From the NCBI GenBank assembly GCA_964432675.1, contig CAYSOG010000006.1, positions 1,824-65,823 on the forward strand: DNA of 64,000 nt, written 5' to 3'. The position numbers and the translations under genes were made by a program. This DNA is from an uncultured Gammaproteobacteria bacterium (GTDB lineage Bacteria; Patescibacteriota; Microgenomatia; CAYSOG01). The stretch's first letter is position 1, and every line of letters begins with the position of its first letter. This document shows positions 18,710-29,303 of the stretch, in pieces. The notes under the pieces were generated by a model. The model made no database searches. It was not told where the DNA came from and worked only from the letters and a program-made list of their open reading frames with translations.

Positions 18710-20205
18710 TTCCCTACCCCCACTTGTATGCCACGGAATCTGGCCGGTGATGCACCGTGGCCGGTGTGGGCGCTTTGCAAAGGTTGGCCCTTACCACAAT
18801 TTGGCAATCCCCATAGTGTCCATTGCGTTTCGTTGCAAACGGCATCACAGGCGTTCCAAAACTGCGGTGTGATGCCCGTGTATGTCGGATTTTTATACAT
18901 TTTGCCGAGTTTGCCGTTTTTAATTTCGTATGCAATTTCGCAACCAAATTGGAAATTCAAGCGCCGGTCATCAATTGACCAGCTTCTATTATTTTCCATA
19001 AAGATGCCATTTTTTGTATCGGCAACCAGTTCATCAAAGTCCCACTCACCTGGTTCTAAACTAATATTTGTCATACGGATTAACGGAATCTTTGACCAGC
19101 CGTCCGCCCTGGCAGTGCCATTTGAAGCTTTGTTACCAATTTGTATAGCCGTTTCCCGGTCGGAAATAAAATCAACAAGCACACCTTTGTCGACTAAGAC
19201 AGTACGCTGTGCTGCTACTCCCTCATCGTCCCAACCGAAGGTGCCTAATCCAGTGGGTTTGGTCGCATCTGCCACAATCGTCACCTTATCGGAACCATAG
19301 TGCAGTTTGCCTCGGTCTTGCGGGCTAATAAAACTCGTACCGGCAAAACTGGCCTCGTAGCCCAAAACACGATCAAGTTCCGTGGCATGGCCCGCACTTT
19401 CATGGATCTGCAATGCCAGCTGCCGTGAGCCAAGAATAATATCAAATGTGCCAGAAGGACATTGCTCAGCAGTGAGCAACTGAACTGCTTCTTCACCTAC
19501 CTTTGCGGCATTACTTGGTAAATCCATCGCTCGGATTAATTCGTATCCGCCAGTTTGGAACTGGCCGCCGGCGAATTTAGGGTACGTCCGGTTTTGGACA
19601 TCGCCTTCACTTATCGCCGTGGCTTCTACACCGCCACCAACTTCTGTAATAACTTGTTCGATGTAGCTGCCCTCAGTTGAGGCAAACGTCTTTTCTTCCT
19701 TAAATACTTGCATCGCGGCTTGGGAAACCTTTACTTTGTCATTAACCCGTAAGGCTTTATCTGCACTAAGCAAAAGCTCAATTTTTTCAGCCAATGGAAT
19801 AGCAAACGGGTCTTCCTTCACCGGCGTATGATAGCGACCATTTTTAATTACTGGCGTTTTCGCTAAGATAACATTATTTTTGCGGGCCAGAGAAGACGCC
19901 TTGGCGATAGCAATTGCGCGCCGCACAACCGCTTCCTGTGATCGTTTGGAAAAATCGTTACTCGCAGCAAATCCCCAAGCGCCGTTAACCAGCACCCGAA
20001 CGCCAAATCCTTCGTCTTCCGAGGAAGCGACAGCTTCAACAATACCATCTTTCGTCGCTAGTTCTTCCTGGGTGCGTTTTGATTTTCGAACATCGGCATA
20101 ACTCGCTCCGCCGACTTTTGCGCTATCTAAAAGATTATTTATTGCAGTTTTGTCCATTTTATTTTCTCTAGCGCAGATTGTAACAATCTTTGCAAAATAC
20201 CGCAA
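18703..20205 (-). CDS. tldD: TldD-family metallopeptidase
   Basis: 'HESAGHATELD' HExxxH-type motif typical of TldD. Probable start at the internal 'MDKTAINN'. Confidence 0.85.
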   Translation of the reverse strand: MRYFAKIVTICARENKMDKTAINNLLDSAKVGGASYADVRKSKRTQEELATKDGIVEAVASSEDEGFGVRVLVNGAWGFAASNDFSKRSQEAVVRRAIAIAKASSLARKNNVILAKTPVIKNGRYHTPVKEDPFAIPLAEKIELLLSADKALRVNDKVKVSQAAMQVFKEEKTFASTEGSYIEQVITEVGGGVEATAISEGDVQNRTYPKFAGGQFQTGGYELIRAMDLPSNAAKVGEEAVQLLTAEQCPSGTFDIILGSRQLALQIHESAGHATELDRVLGYEASFAGTSFISPQDRGKLHYGSDKVTIVADATKPTGLGTFGWDDEGVAAQRTVLVDKGVLVDFISDRETAIQIGNKASNGTARADGWSKIPLIRMTNISLEPGEWDFDELVADTKNGIFMENNRSWSIDDRRLNFQFGCEIAYEIKNGKLGKMYKNPTYTGITPQFWNACDAVCNETQWTLWGLPNCGKGQPLQSAHTGHGASPARFRGIQVGVGKW

Positions 20206-20287
20206 TCACCGAGCATAGATCATCAGATCTTGACTTTCATTATGCGCCATTTTAAGCTAATGGTAATATTACAAGGGATTTGCAATT

Positions 20288-21292
20288 ATGCCGGAAGATG
20301 TATTAAACGAACCGACCACCCATACAACTGCTACCAAACTAGCTGCTGAGGAATACGACCCAACTCTCCCCTCCGATACAGTTGCAGCGCTCGAAAAACT
20401 AAAAAAAGGCGCGACAAAAGAAACTTGGCAGGAAATCCAGCGTAGGTTACAAGAACATATCCAAACCATACGCGAAGATTTTCCCGACCTATCTGAGGAA
20501 GAAATTCAAAGCCTTGCTGAACTGGTAGCTGGCCCGTTCATGTTAGAACAGAAAGCGCTACGAAATGAACCAAATGAGCGGTTAGACTTATCACAGAAAT
20601 GCCTATCAGCCCGAATACAACATAACATGGTTCACGCTATTTTTTATGCATCATCGGGCAAAGCAGATGCTGAATACGTTCGGGACGTTTATACAATGGT
20701 CGAACCGATAGACCAACTAGCAAAAACTGATGCCGGTTATGCAGCCGGTTTACCCAGTTTTATGATAGGTGTTAAATCAGAGCTCGCCATTATTCGTCAA
20801 TTAAACAGTAGCGGCTATACCGTTCTTATTCCCGATTATAACCAAGGCAACCCAAACTTAAGTGACCCAGTAAGTAGTAATACCAACGAAGTGTTGCAAT
20901 GGGATGTGCTTAATGGTATAGATTTCATTGCCAAACAAGGCGACCAAGTATATTTCGTCGACGCTAAGGGAAGATTAATGGTAAATACCGGTACCAAGAA
21001 TGAACAGCGCCAAATAGCAAGCGTCGAAGGACAAGCAAGAAGGCAGACATTACCACCAACCCTTGAAGGTTATGAACTAGCTCTCCGTGCAAGAAAAATT
21101 GAGCAATTGAAAGTATTTATACCTACAGCACCTTCACAATTACCGGGACTTGCGCCATGTGAACCGAACGACGTCGATGGCATGCAACGAGCACTTACAA
21201 AATTTGGTAAATCAAGTGTCGGTGACCAAATCATTGAAGGTATTGACCAGCTGACCCGACATAAGGGCAACGCCATGTTGAAACGAGCGTAG
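20288..21292 (+). CDS. Hypothetical protein
   Basis: 334-aa ORF, acidic and helical at the N-terminus. No recognisable domain. Confidence 0.5.
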   Translation: MPEDVLNEPTTHTTATKLAAEEYDPTLPSDTVAALEKLKKGATKETWQEIQRRLQEHIQTIREDFPDLSEEEIQSLAELVAGPFMLEQKALRNEPNERLDLSQKCLSARIQHNMVHAIFYASSGKADAEYVRDVYTMVEPIDQLAKTDAGYAAGLPSFMIGVKSELAIIRQLNSSGYTVLIPDYNQGNPNLSDPVSSNTNEVLQWDVLNGIDFIAKQGDQVYFVDAKGRLMVNTGTKNEQRQIASVEGQARRQTLPPTLEGYELALRARKIEQLKVFIPTAPSQLPGLAPCEPNDVDGMQRALTKFGKSSVGDQIIEGIDQLTRHKGNAMLKRA

Positions 21293-21347
21293 AGTAAATT
21301 ACTACTGCTAATACTATATAAAGTAAATAACGTAAAAAGATAAACAT

Positions 21348-21554
21348 ATGCCAAAAGAAATTAATCCAAAACAGCTACCCGAAGGTAATAACAGCCTTCT
21401 TAAAGCATTGAGTAAACTCGCCTCGTTGGTTCAAAAGGACGTTGAAGAATTAGCACCAACACCCTCCGACAATGCGACCGACGCCACCCAAAATGACCCC
21501 CAACAGGAAACGAACCCTCTATCAGATTTAACTGACCGAGCAAAAAAACAATAA
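21348..21554 (+). CDS. Small acidic hypothetical protein
   Basis: 68-aa ORF. Weak support. Confidence 0.3.
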   Translation: MPKEINPKQLPEGNNSLLKALSKLASLVQKDVEELAPTPSDNATDATQNDPQQETNPLSDLTDRAKKQ

Positions 21555-21652
21555 CTTCCGAATTACTTCTAATTTATTTTGAGTTTACTTCATACTTGTA
21601 ATGTGTTATTTTCACTTCCGATACGCTATAATATTGTACGAGCTTTGAGCAT

Positions 21653-21735
21653 GCCACGGTGCTGAAATTGGTATACAGGCCGGTCTCAAAAACCGGTGGT
21701 CACAAGCCATGTGGGTTCGAGTCCCACCCGTGGCA
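21653..21735 (+). tRNA. tRNA-Leu (anticodon CAA), type II with long variable arm; CCA not encoded
   Basis: 7-bp acceptor stem GCCACGG/CCGTGGC. Anticodon stem CCGGT/ACCGG with loop CTCAAAA. Long variable arm. T-arm GGTTCGAGTCC. Confidence 0.85.
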
Positions 21736-21788
21736 CTAGAAAGGCACTATTTGTAACATAAGGCTTATTAGATATACATTGTAAATTT

Positions 21789-22742
21789 ATGACAACACAA
21801 CAAATCTTTGATTTAGGATTAGAAATGGGTATCGCAGCCGATCCGCGGGGTAAAGTCGGTGTTAAGCAATATTTGGCACGGAAGAAAAAGGAATTTGAAC
21901 AACTCTCCGAAAAAAAGAAGCAGTATTTTGATAAGGATACGCTAGCAAATCCATATGCCGATTCCCGATTGCTGTATGGCGACCCAAAACGGCCAGTAAA
22001 GCGGGTATTAGCCGGCATTGATATGAATGTTGGTGAGGTTGTTCTGGCTGACCGATTAGCTGATAAAGGTAGGAAGATTGATTGCATCATTACCCATCAC
22101 CCAGAAGGTTCGGCATATGCAGCGCTTCACGAGGTTATGGACCTCCAGATTGATATTTTTGCAAGCCTCGGCATTCCAGTTAACGTGGCAGAGCACCTTA
22201 TGGACAAACGCATTGGTGAAGTTGCGCGCCGCATCCACCCAGTCAACCACCCACAGGCAATTGACGCTTCGCGATTGTTAGACCTGCCATACATGGCCAT
22301 GCACACCATTTGGGACAATATGGGCCACCAGTTTGTTGAAGACTATATTACCAAGAAGAAAAATCTCGACACCGTTGGCGACGTTTTCGACGCAATTATG
22401 GAAATCCCTGAATACCAGGAATCTGCCAAGCAAAAGGCTGGCCCGTTTATCGCTTCCGGCAGTGAACGCAACCGTACCGGTAAAATTTTTGTTGGCTATA
22501 CCGGCGGTACTAATGGGCCAAAGGAACTGTTTGCATATTTATCACGTGCAGGTGTTGGCACAATTGTTGAAATGCATGAACATGAAGAAGATATTGAGGA
22601 ATTGAAAAAACACCACATGAACTTAATTGTTACCGGCCATATGTCCTCCGATTCTATCGGTGCCAATCTTTATTTGGATGAGCTCGAGAAAAAAGGTGTT
22701 GAGGTAGTCCCCTGTTCCGGTTTAATCCGTGTCAAACGATAA
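21789..22742 (+). CDS. Nif3-like dinuclear metal-centre protein (tentative)
   Basis: 'CIITHHPEG' motif and C-terminal 'VTGHMSSDSIG' resemble the NIF3/YqfO family. Confidence 0.5.
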   Translation: MTTQQIFDLGLEMGIAADPRGKVGVKQYLARKKKEFEQLSEKKKQYFDKDTLANPYADSRLLYGDPKRPVKRVLAGIDMNVGEVVLADRLADKGRKIDCIITHHPEGSAYAALHEVMDLQIDIFASLGIPVNVAEHLMDKRIGEVARRIHPVNHPQAIDASRLLDLPYMAMHTIWDNMGHQFVEDYITKKKNLDTVGDVFDAIMEIPEYQESAKQKAGPFIASGSERNRTGKIFVGYTGGTNGPKELFAYLSRAGVGTIVEMHEHEEDIEELKKHHMNLIVTGHMSSDSIGANLYLDELEKKGVEVVPCSGLIRVKR

Positions 22743-22782
22743 GATAGTCGGCACAAGCCACAGTCCAACAAAAACTCCAAAG

Positions 22783-22819
22783 AAAAAGCGGCGCAGCCCA
22801 TATTACTGGACAACGCCGC
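22783..22819 (-). terminator. Rho-independent terminator downstream of dnaB (minus strand)
   Basis: GCGGCG...CGCCGC stem followed on the minus strand by TTTTTCTTT. Confidence 0.5.
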
Positions 22820-23082
22820 GGATAAAATTGCTATACATTTGCCTTACATTTCTGGCTTTAATCGTCCGTATAGGCGATTAACTGGCAAACATTCCAACGA
22901 AGGTGGCAAAACCAGCTAAAAAGTGGGATATCGGGTAAGACGGCGTCTATTGGACCAAGAATATAGTCGTCGATTACCAAGGCAGCGTACCCCAGGATTC
23001 GCTTCAATGTTCCCTCCTTGTAGCAATTTATGTAATTATAACACACTATAAGCTTAAATGCAAGGGTAAATGTGTATGTGAT

Positions 23083-24540
23083 TTATGCAGTGTCTGAAGA
23101 TTTTTGGCGTTTATCAAGCTCGTAGAACTTGACGCGTTCAGGCTTGAACATAAGGTCGATTAAGCCAGTTGGGCCATTCCGATGTTTGGCAATATCAAGT
23201 TTGATACCTTCTTTGTTTTCTTTATCCTCATGGTACAGAAACATTACAACGTCAGCATCCTGTTCGATGGCACCAGATTCCCGTAGGTCAGCCAATTGCG
23301 GCCGCCCATCTCCCCTACCTTCGACTTGCCTATTAAGTTGTGATAAGGCAATAACCGGAATTTTTAACTCACGGGCCAAGTTTTTAAGGCTTTGAGAAAT
23401 TTGGGAAACTTCAACTACTCGATTTTCAGCCCGACCATTCCCAACAATCAGCTGAAGATAGTCAATAAATAAAACCTTAATGCCCACTTCAAGCTGTAAT
23501 CGCCTGGCCTTTGTCCTAATTTCCATAATCGAAGAACCCGGTGTATCATCAATGTACAAGGGCGCATCAGCCAACTCGCCCATCGCTTGGGCAATACGCT
23601 CAAAATCATCCTCTTCTAGCCTGCCGGTTTTTAATTTCCAAGCGTCAACATCTGCCTGACCAACCAAAAGTCGATCGACCAGCTCTTCCTTACTCATTTC
23701 GAGGGAAAAAATGCCGACTGGCACCTCAGCGTGCGTGGTAATATATTCGGCAATATTTAAGGCAAATGAGGTTTTGCCGACACCAGGCCGTGCCGCCAGG
23801 ATAATTAAATTACTGTCTTGAAAGCCAGCTAATTTTTTGTCAAGTGACTTGTAGCCGGTCGCAATGCCACGCAGTTTGCCCTTATTTTTATGCAGGTCGT
23901 CAAGACGCTCAAAGCTTTCGGCAAGTGCGTCTTTAATCGGCGTAAAGTATTGGAAGGTTTGCTCTTGTGAAACGGAAAAGACAGCCGATTCGGCCGCATC
24001 TAAAATGTCTTTTGTTTCAAGGGTGTCATCAAACGCGGCGTCGGAAATTTTCGAAGCAATCGCAACTAATTTTCGTTTGGTGTAATGGTCATGAATAATC
24101 CGGCCGTAATACACCACATGTGCTGAAGTTGGCACTTTCTCGGCAAGCGAGGCCAAGTACTCCGTGCCGCCACTGACATCAAGTGCACCATCCAACTTTA
24201 GCTGTTCGGTCACCGTGATAAGATCGATTGGCCTACGTTTCTCGAACAGCCTAATAATGGCATTATAGATAGCACCATGTTGGTCTTGGGAATAAAAATG
24301 CTCGGGTTTTAAGAATTCGGCAACTTCGACAATTGCATCGCGATCCAGCAACAAAGCGCCAAGGAGTGATTCTTCCGCTTCTAAATTCTGCGGCGGTATA
24401 CGCCCCGCTGGCAGTTTAAAGCCATTCGATTTTATTGTGGGAAATTTTCCGGCTCTCGCCGCTATATCTGGCATAAGGCTCTCACCCCTTAGATAAGGTA
24501 TCAAGTATCGAGTATTCAGTATATTCGCAATATTACTCAC
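23083..24540 (-). CDS. dnaB: Replicative DNA helicase
   Basis: Walker A 'ARPGVGKTSFALNIA'. RecA-like C-terminal domain and DnaB N-terminal domain. Confidence 0.9.
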   Translation of the reverse strand: MSNIANILNTRYLIPYLRGESLMPDIAARAGKFPTIKSNGFKLPAGRIPPQNLEAEESLLGALLLDRDAIVEVAEFLKPEHFYSQDQHGAIYNAIIRLFEKRRPIDLITVTEQLKLDGALDVSGGTEYLASLAEKVPTSAHVVYYGRIIHDHYTKRKLVAIASKISDAAFDDTLETKDILDAAESAVFSVSQEQTFQYFTPIKDALAESFERLDDLHKNKGKLRGIATGYKSLDKKLAGFQDSNLIILAARPGVGKTSFALNIAEYITTHAEVPVGIFSLEMSKEELVDRLLVGQADVDAWKLKTGRLEEDDFERIAQAMGELADAPLYIDDTPGSSIMEIRTKARRLQLEVGIKVLFIDYLQLIVGNGRAENRVVEVSQISQSLKNLARELKIPVIALSQLNRQVEGRGDGRPQLADLRESGAIEQDADVVMFLYHEDKENKEGIKLDIAKHRNGPTGLIDLMFKPERVKFYELDKRQKSSDTA

Positions 24541-24574
24541 GCATGATACCTATTACTTACTACCTAATACAGCT

Positions 24575-25213
24575 TTATTGTTTTTGTAATACCACGACTT
24601 CTGATTCGACGGGTAGTTTATCTTTTGTCACTGTTAATTTCGGTTGCGGTGTGGCACCTTCAGCACCTGCTTCTTTAAGGAATTTCTCAAGTGGGTCGAG
24701 TTCGAATTTTAAACCGGCAATTTTATAATGCATTGGTATCACAATGGCCGGCTCGAGTTGGGTAACAACTTCCTGGGCTTGGTCTGCGGCAATGGTATAT
24801 GTACCACCAACCGGCAACATGAGAATATCACAAGGACTAATTGCAGCCACTTGCTCTTTTGTAAGCGTATGGCCAATATCACCTAAGTGGACCACGGACA
24901 CGCCATCTATATCGCAATGGTAAACAGTGTTTTTACCACGTTCTGCGCCTTCTTGGCTATCATGGAAAGTGGCGATGCCGCTTACCGTTACTCCTTTGAC
25001 TTCATACTCACCGGGCCCTGCAATAACAACTGGCTCTCCTTCGACGATTGCCGTATTATTATGGTCTTCGTGCCCATGCGTCACCAAAACCATGTCGGCA
25101 GAAAGCTTACCCAGCTTAAGACCAGTAAAGGTGGGATCATAAGGGTCTATAACCAGTGTCGCAGTTTTTCCCTTTATCCGAAAACACGCTTGTCCGTACC
25201 ATGTAATATCCAT
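24575..25213 (-). CDS. MBL-fold metallo-hydrolase
   Basis: 'VTHGHEDHNN' metallo-beta-lactamase-fold HxHxDH motif. Confidence 0.8.
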   Translation of the reverse strand: MDITWYGQACFRIKGKTATLVIDPYDPTFTGLKLGKLSADMVLVTHGHEDHNNTAIVEGEPVVIAGPGEYEVKGVTVSGIATFHDSQEGAERGKNTVYHCDIDGVSVVHLGDIGHTLTKEQVAAISPCDILMLPVGGTYTIAADQAQEVVTQLEPAIVIPMHYKIAGLKFELDPLEKFLKEAGAEGATPQPKLTVTKDKLPVESEVVVLQKQ

Positions 25214-25529
25214 AAAGATAAATTATCAATCAATATGTAAAAATGTTACCGTTCGAGTAACTAGCGACCCTTCATCACCGGTTATGCCAGCTGGTCTCAG
25301 GCTAGCAGCTCGAAGAATAATAGTCGTGACCTTTAAACTATTATATTACTCTTTGATTTTTACATTTTTAATTTGGCTCTCAGATCTTATCATTTTCATT
25401 CGCCGCTTGACAAGAGGTTAATAGTAGTGTTAGATTGACTAACGACTGAGCAAATTACGATCACAGTGCATGTTAAAATGGTATTAAAGTTTATATAGTT
25501 CCTGCCTTTTTAAGCTTTCTATTCACTAT

Positions 25530-25955
25530 ATGTCGTCGGACGTACCAAAAAAGATACTCTGGATATTCGTTTTCTTAATTCTCGCAGCAATGGCAGTTTT
25601 AGGTGTCCTTTTTGTTCGAGGTTACCAAGCAAACCATCAAATAGCTTCCCAATCTACAGCGACAACACCGCAGCCAACTGACCAAGCTACCTTGCAACTC
25701 GACGTTTCATCACCTTCAGCTGATATCGCCACTTCCAGTGCTACGTTAACGGTTAGCGGCACAACTAGCCAAAGTGCGATTGTCTCAGTTACGGGTGGTG
25801 CTTCTGACATTATTATGCCAGCCCAAAGTAATGGGACATTTTCGTTTCCCGTATCATTGAACCAAGGGCTAAACCAGTTACAAATTACAGCTTATACTGA
25901 AGAAGGCGACAGCGCGCTCGTAAAGCATAACGTCGTGTACTCGAAAAATTTATAA
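25530..25955 (+). CDS. Secreted/membrane-anchored hypothetical protein (beta-rich, Thr/Ser-rich)
   Basis: N-terminal TM/signal anchor followed by a low-complexity Thr/Ser-rich domain. Confidence 0.5.
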   Translation: MSSDVPKKILWIFVFLILAAMAVLGVLFVRGYQANHQIASQSTATTPQPTDQATLQLDVSSPSADIATSSATLTVSGTTSQSAIVSVTGGASDIIMPAQSNGTFSFPVSLNQGLNQLQITAYTEEGDSALVKHNVVYSKNL

Positions 25956-26007
25956 GTTGCATGACCACCCTTATTTAAGGTGATGTGGTCAAAATAGAAA
26001 GGTACAA

Positions 26008-26811
26008 ATGGATAATCTGCCCGATTACATCGTCGAAGCACTTGATGGCTTCGTCGAAAAAAATATGAAACGAATTTTGATATTTTTATTTGCGCTCATG
26101 ATCGGTATGGCTATTGGTGTCACCGGTGCTCATGCTGCAACAATCCCTACGCCTACACCAGTTTCATCGCCGACTACAAAACCCACAGGCCCAATTCCAA
26201 TTACGGTCGGTACCGTAAATCAAACCCCCGACCTTGCTATTACCATTAGCAATGATAGCGGCCAAACGGTTAGCTTCAAAATTGATCCGAAAACCACAAC
26301 CATTGAAGCGCCAACTATTGCGTCATTAAAGGGAAAGTTAACAGCAAAAAATATCACGCCAGGCGACCGTATTGCGATTGTTAGTTCTGACCAAGCAACA
26401 GCCAACCTCATTGTGATTGCGTCACATGGTGCTACCACCCCACCAAAGCAAGATACAGCGTTTTTAGGCATTGTTTCTTCGCGCGATGCCACTACTTCTG
26501 GTACAATCCTTTCCTTGAAACATCCTAAAGAAGACACCTTCGCGAAGGCACTAGTAAACGCAAATACCAAAATCATTGCAAAAGATATTGCAAAGCCCAC
26601 AACCGATGATATTAAGGCCGGCGATAAAGTCTTGGTTACAGGCCCAACCGACAGTAATAATGTTATCACCGCAACTGAATTATTCTTAATTCCCGGCAAG
26701 GCGCGTGCCTTAATTGACAAATTAGCGCCGTTAGCATCTTCATCGGCGTCTAGTTCTGCCAAGCCCTCTGCCACACCAAAGAAGGCCAGTACATCCGCAA
26801 TAACACCTTAA
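26008..26811 (+). CDS. Secreted hypothetical protein, Pro/Thr/Ser-rich
   Basis: Signal-anchor segment and a Pro/Thr-rich linker. Confidence 0.5.
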   Translation: MDNLPDYIVEALDGFVEKNMKRILIFLFALMIGMAIGVTGAHAATIPTPTPVSSPTTKPTGPIPITVGTVNQTPDLAITISNDSGQTVSFKIDPKTTTIEAPTIASLKGKLTAKNITPGDRIAIVSSDQATANLIVIASHGATTPPKQDTAFLGIVSSRDATTSGTILSLKHPKEDTFAKALVNANTKIIAKDIAKPTTDDIKAGDKVLVTGPTDSNNVITATELFLIPGKARALIDKLAPLASSSASSSAKPSATPKKASTSAITP

Positions 26812-26820
26812 AGTGCGACG

Positions 26821-26845
26821 GGTGTCTTGAAAGCAAAAGACACCA
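26821..26845 (+). terminator. Hairpin terminator after the 26008 gene
   Basis: GGTGTCTT-gaaagcaaa-AAGACACC hairpin followed by T-rich sequence. Confidence 0.5.
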
Positions 26846-27009
26846 TAATCTTCCTTCATCTTCCTATCTTCCCCTTGGTATTTTCTCCTGAAAATGAGAT
26901 AATACTACTACAGTAACAAGCACAGAGTTTGGTCGTCGCGGCGAGATGAAAGTCTACTCCAATCCCCTCGATAGATATAGCCTAAAACCTGACTTGTAAC
27001 TGGACAAGT

Positions 27010-28263
27010 ATGGCAATACAAGCAGTGAAAGGTACACGGGATTTTTATCCACCGCAATTGGCATTTCGCAATTGGTTGGCCGAAAAAATGCGTGCAGCCT
27101 CAATGTTATTTGGTTATCAAGAATGGGACGGTCCAATTTTGGAACCGTTTGAACTTTACGCGGCCAAAAGTGGTGATGAGTTAGTCAATGAGCAGGCCTT
27201 TGTAATGGAAGATCGCGGTGGAAGGAAGATCGTTCTACGCCCTGAATTAACACCATCCCTTGCCCGAATAGTTGCGGCCAAACAGCAAGAACTGGGTAAA
27301 CCAATACGCTGGTTTAGTATTGGCCCAATGTGGCGTTATGAACAACCACAGCGTGGACGGTCAAGAGAATTTTGGCAATGGAATATCGATTTACTTGGCG
27401 TTGATAATGCACAATCAGACGCTGAGCTCATTGCGATTGCCATAACATTCTTACAATCACTCGGCTTAGACCAAAATGACTTTGTGGTGCGAATTAATGA
27501 CCGGAAATGGTTTGAAGAAAAGTTGGTATCGTTTGGGATTGCGAAAGACAAATTTCCCTCGATTTTGCGGGCTGTTGACCGAGCGGACAAGATGCCAAAA
27601 GATAAATGGGACGAATACGTCACTTCCACAGTAGGGCAAGCGGCAAAAGATAAACTCGCCGATTTTCTTTCTTCTTCCCCAAATAGTGAAGAGGGTGAAA
27701 ATTTAGCCCAAGTCAAATCTATTCTCAAGGAAATGAATTTGGATATGTACCTCGAGGTCGACCCAAAAGTTGTCCGTGGATTGGACTATTATACAGGCAC
27801 CGTATTCGAGATCCGCGATAAAGGTAGTAAACTTCGCGCAATCGGCGGTGGCGGTAGATATGCTAATTTGGTTGAACAAGTCGGCGGCCAACCACTTGCC
27901 GGCATTGGTTTTGCCTTAGGCGATTTACCAATTGAAGAACTTCTACGGGAAGTCAATAAGTACCCCGAAAATATCGTTAACGCCCCAAAAGTATTGGTCA
28001 CCGTTTTTAATAACGAAACAGTTGATAAAAGCTTAGGGGTTGCAAATAAGCTTCGTAAAGCAAACATAGCAACAGAACTATACCTTTCAACTGAAGAAGC
28101 CTCATTAGAAAAACAACTAAAATACGCCGACCAAAAAGCGATCCCCTACGCAATTTTGCTTGGCCCCGATGAGATTAAAAACAACAATATTACTATTAAA
28201 GACCTTACCAAGCGAGAACAATCAAGTGTTCCCTTGGACGACTTTATAAGGTCACTTACCTAA
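27010..28263 (+). CDS. hisS: Histidyl-tRNA synthetase
   Basis: 'GTRDFYP' HisRS motif. Class II motifs including 'GGGRYANL'. Confidence 0.9.
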   Translation: MAIQAVKGTRDFYPPQLAFRNWLAEKMRAASMLFGYQEWDGPILEPFELYAAKSGDELVNEQAFVMEDRGGRKIVLRPELTPSLARIVAAKQQELGKPIRWFSIGPMWRYEQPQRGRSREFWQWNIDLLGVDNAQSDAELIAIAITFLQSLGLDQNDFVVRINDRKWFEEKLVSFGIAKDKFPSILRAVDRADKMPKDKWDEYVTSTVGQAAKDKLADFLSSSPNSEEGENLAQVKSILKEMNLDMYLEVDPKVVRGLDYYTGTVFEIRDKGSKLRAIGGGGRYANLVEQVGGQPLAGIGFALGDLPIEELLREVNKYPENIVNAPKVLVTVFNNETVDKSLGVANKLRKANIATELYLSTEEASLEKQLKYADQKAIPYAILLGPDEIKNNNITIKDLTKREQSSVPLDDFIRSLT

Positions 28264-28292
28264 TCCACAATACTGAAGCGTATACTAAATGT

Positions 28293-29258
28293 ATGTCTAC
28301 TAAACTGCCTATGCTCCTGTTATTCCTTTCTGCTGTTCTGTGGGGCATCGCAATTCCCGTCTTCAAACTCGCGCCGCATATCCCCTTGTTTTCCTACGCC
28401 CTTATTCGATTTCTTATTGCCGCGGTTATTTTTGTGCCGCTTTATTTACAAAATTCCCATTACCAGCCGGTTAAAGTTATTGACTTACCAAAGATGTTTT
28501 TAGTAGGGTTCACTGGTATTACTTTAAATATCGGTTTTCTGTATTTAGGGCTTGTCCGAACGAATGCAATTGATACGGCAATCATTATTGACTTAGCCCC
28601 ACTTATTGCAATTTTTTCGGCAGCCCATTTTTTGAAGGAACCAATATTGAAGCGGCAATTGCTTGGCTCTTGCATCGCCTTTACCGGCGCTTTGATTATC
28701 ATAGGCCAACCTTTATTCCAAACCAAGTTTGGGGCTAGCAGCCATGTTGTTGGTAATCTTTTTATTGTCGTATCCGTGCTTGCAAATGACTGGTTTAATA
28801 TACTCTCCAGAAAATTGTTTACAATATATACAGCTTTCACGATTACAGCTTATTTATTTATTGTTGGCGTTATTACTTTTTTACCGCTAGCAATTTGGGA
28901 ATATACGGTAAACCCTCACTGGGTTTATACGGTAACACGGGCTGACATACTTTCGGTGACCTATTATGCTATTTTTGGGTCGATATTGGCATATTTCTTT
29001 TATGAATATGGCCTTGCGAAAGCTGGCATCCAACGTGCTACTATTACCGATTACATGATCCCAGTCATCACAATTACTGTGTCGATTGTCTTTTTGCATG
29101 AAGTTATAACATTGCCATTTATCATTGGTACCGCCCTTGTTGCCGCAGGTGTTTTTTATTCTGTGCACCTACCAACCATTATTGCAAAACAACGTCCTAC
29201 AACAATGGTAACCGCTACCCCTCTTGGCAATCCGACACTAAGCGGAAACAGAGATTAA
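28293..29258 (+). CDS. EamA/DMT-family transporter
   Basis: Ten TM segments in a duplicated EamA-like arrangement. Confidence 0.7.
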   Translation: MSTKLPMLLLFLSAVLWGIAIPVFKLAPHIPLFSYALIRFLIAAVIFVPLYLQNSHYQPVKVIDLPKMFLVGFTGITLNIGFLYLGLVRTNAIDTAIIIDLAPLIAIFSAAHFLKEPILKRQLLGSCIAFTGALIIIGQPLFQTKFGASSHVVGNLFIVVSVLANDWFNILSRKLFTIYTAFTITAYLFIVGVITFLPLAIWEYTVNPHWVYTVTRADILSVTYYAIFGSILAYFFYEYGLAKAGIQRATITDYMIPVITITVSIVFLHEVITLPFIIGTALVAAGVFYSVHLPTIIAKQRPTTMVTATPLGNPTLSGNRD

Positions 29259-29265
29259 ATAGGAG

Positions 29266-29294
29266 TTGTTCTTACGCATAAAATCTGATATAAT
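29266..29294 (+). promoter_or_regulatory. Sigma70-like promoter TTGTTC-17-TATAAT upstream of rpmE
   Basis: TTGTTC at 29266-29271 and TATAAT at 29289-29294. Confidence 0.5.
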
Positions 29295-29303
29295 TTATGC
29301 CGT

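Noticed and set aside
21653-21735. tRNA-Leu as an integration site for a mobile element.
   Set aside because: Genes on both sides are ordinary (a hypothetical and a Nif3-like gene on one side; dnaB further on). There is no integrase or direct repeat of the tRNA 3' end nearby.
21686-22090. 134-aa minus-strand ORF overlapping the tRNA-Leu gene.
   Set aside because: It overlaps a well-formed tRNA and has unusual composition, so it is a spurious antisense ORF.
26812-27009. Possible T-box leader upstream of hisS (also checked upstream of trpS).
   Set aside because: No T-box consensus (AGGGTGGNACCGCG-like) or specifier/antiterminator architecture is visible. trpS is inside an operon with no leader.
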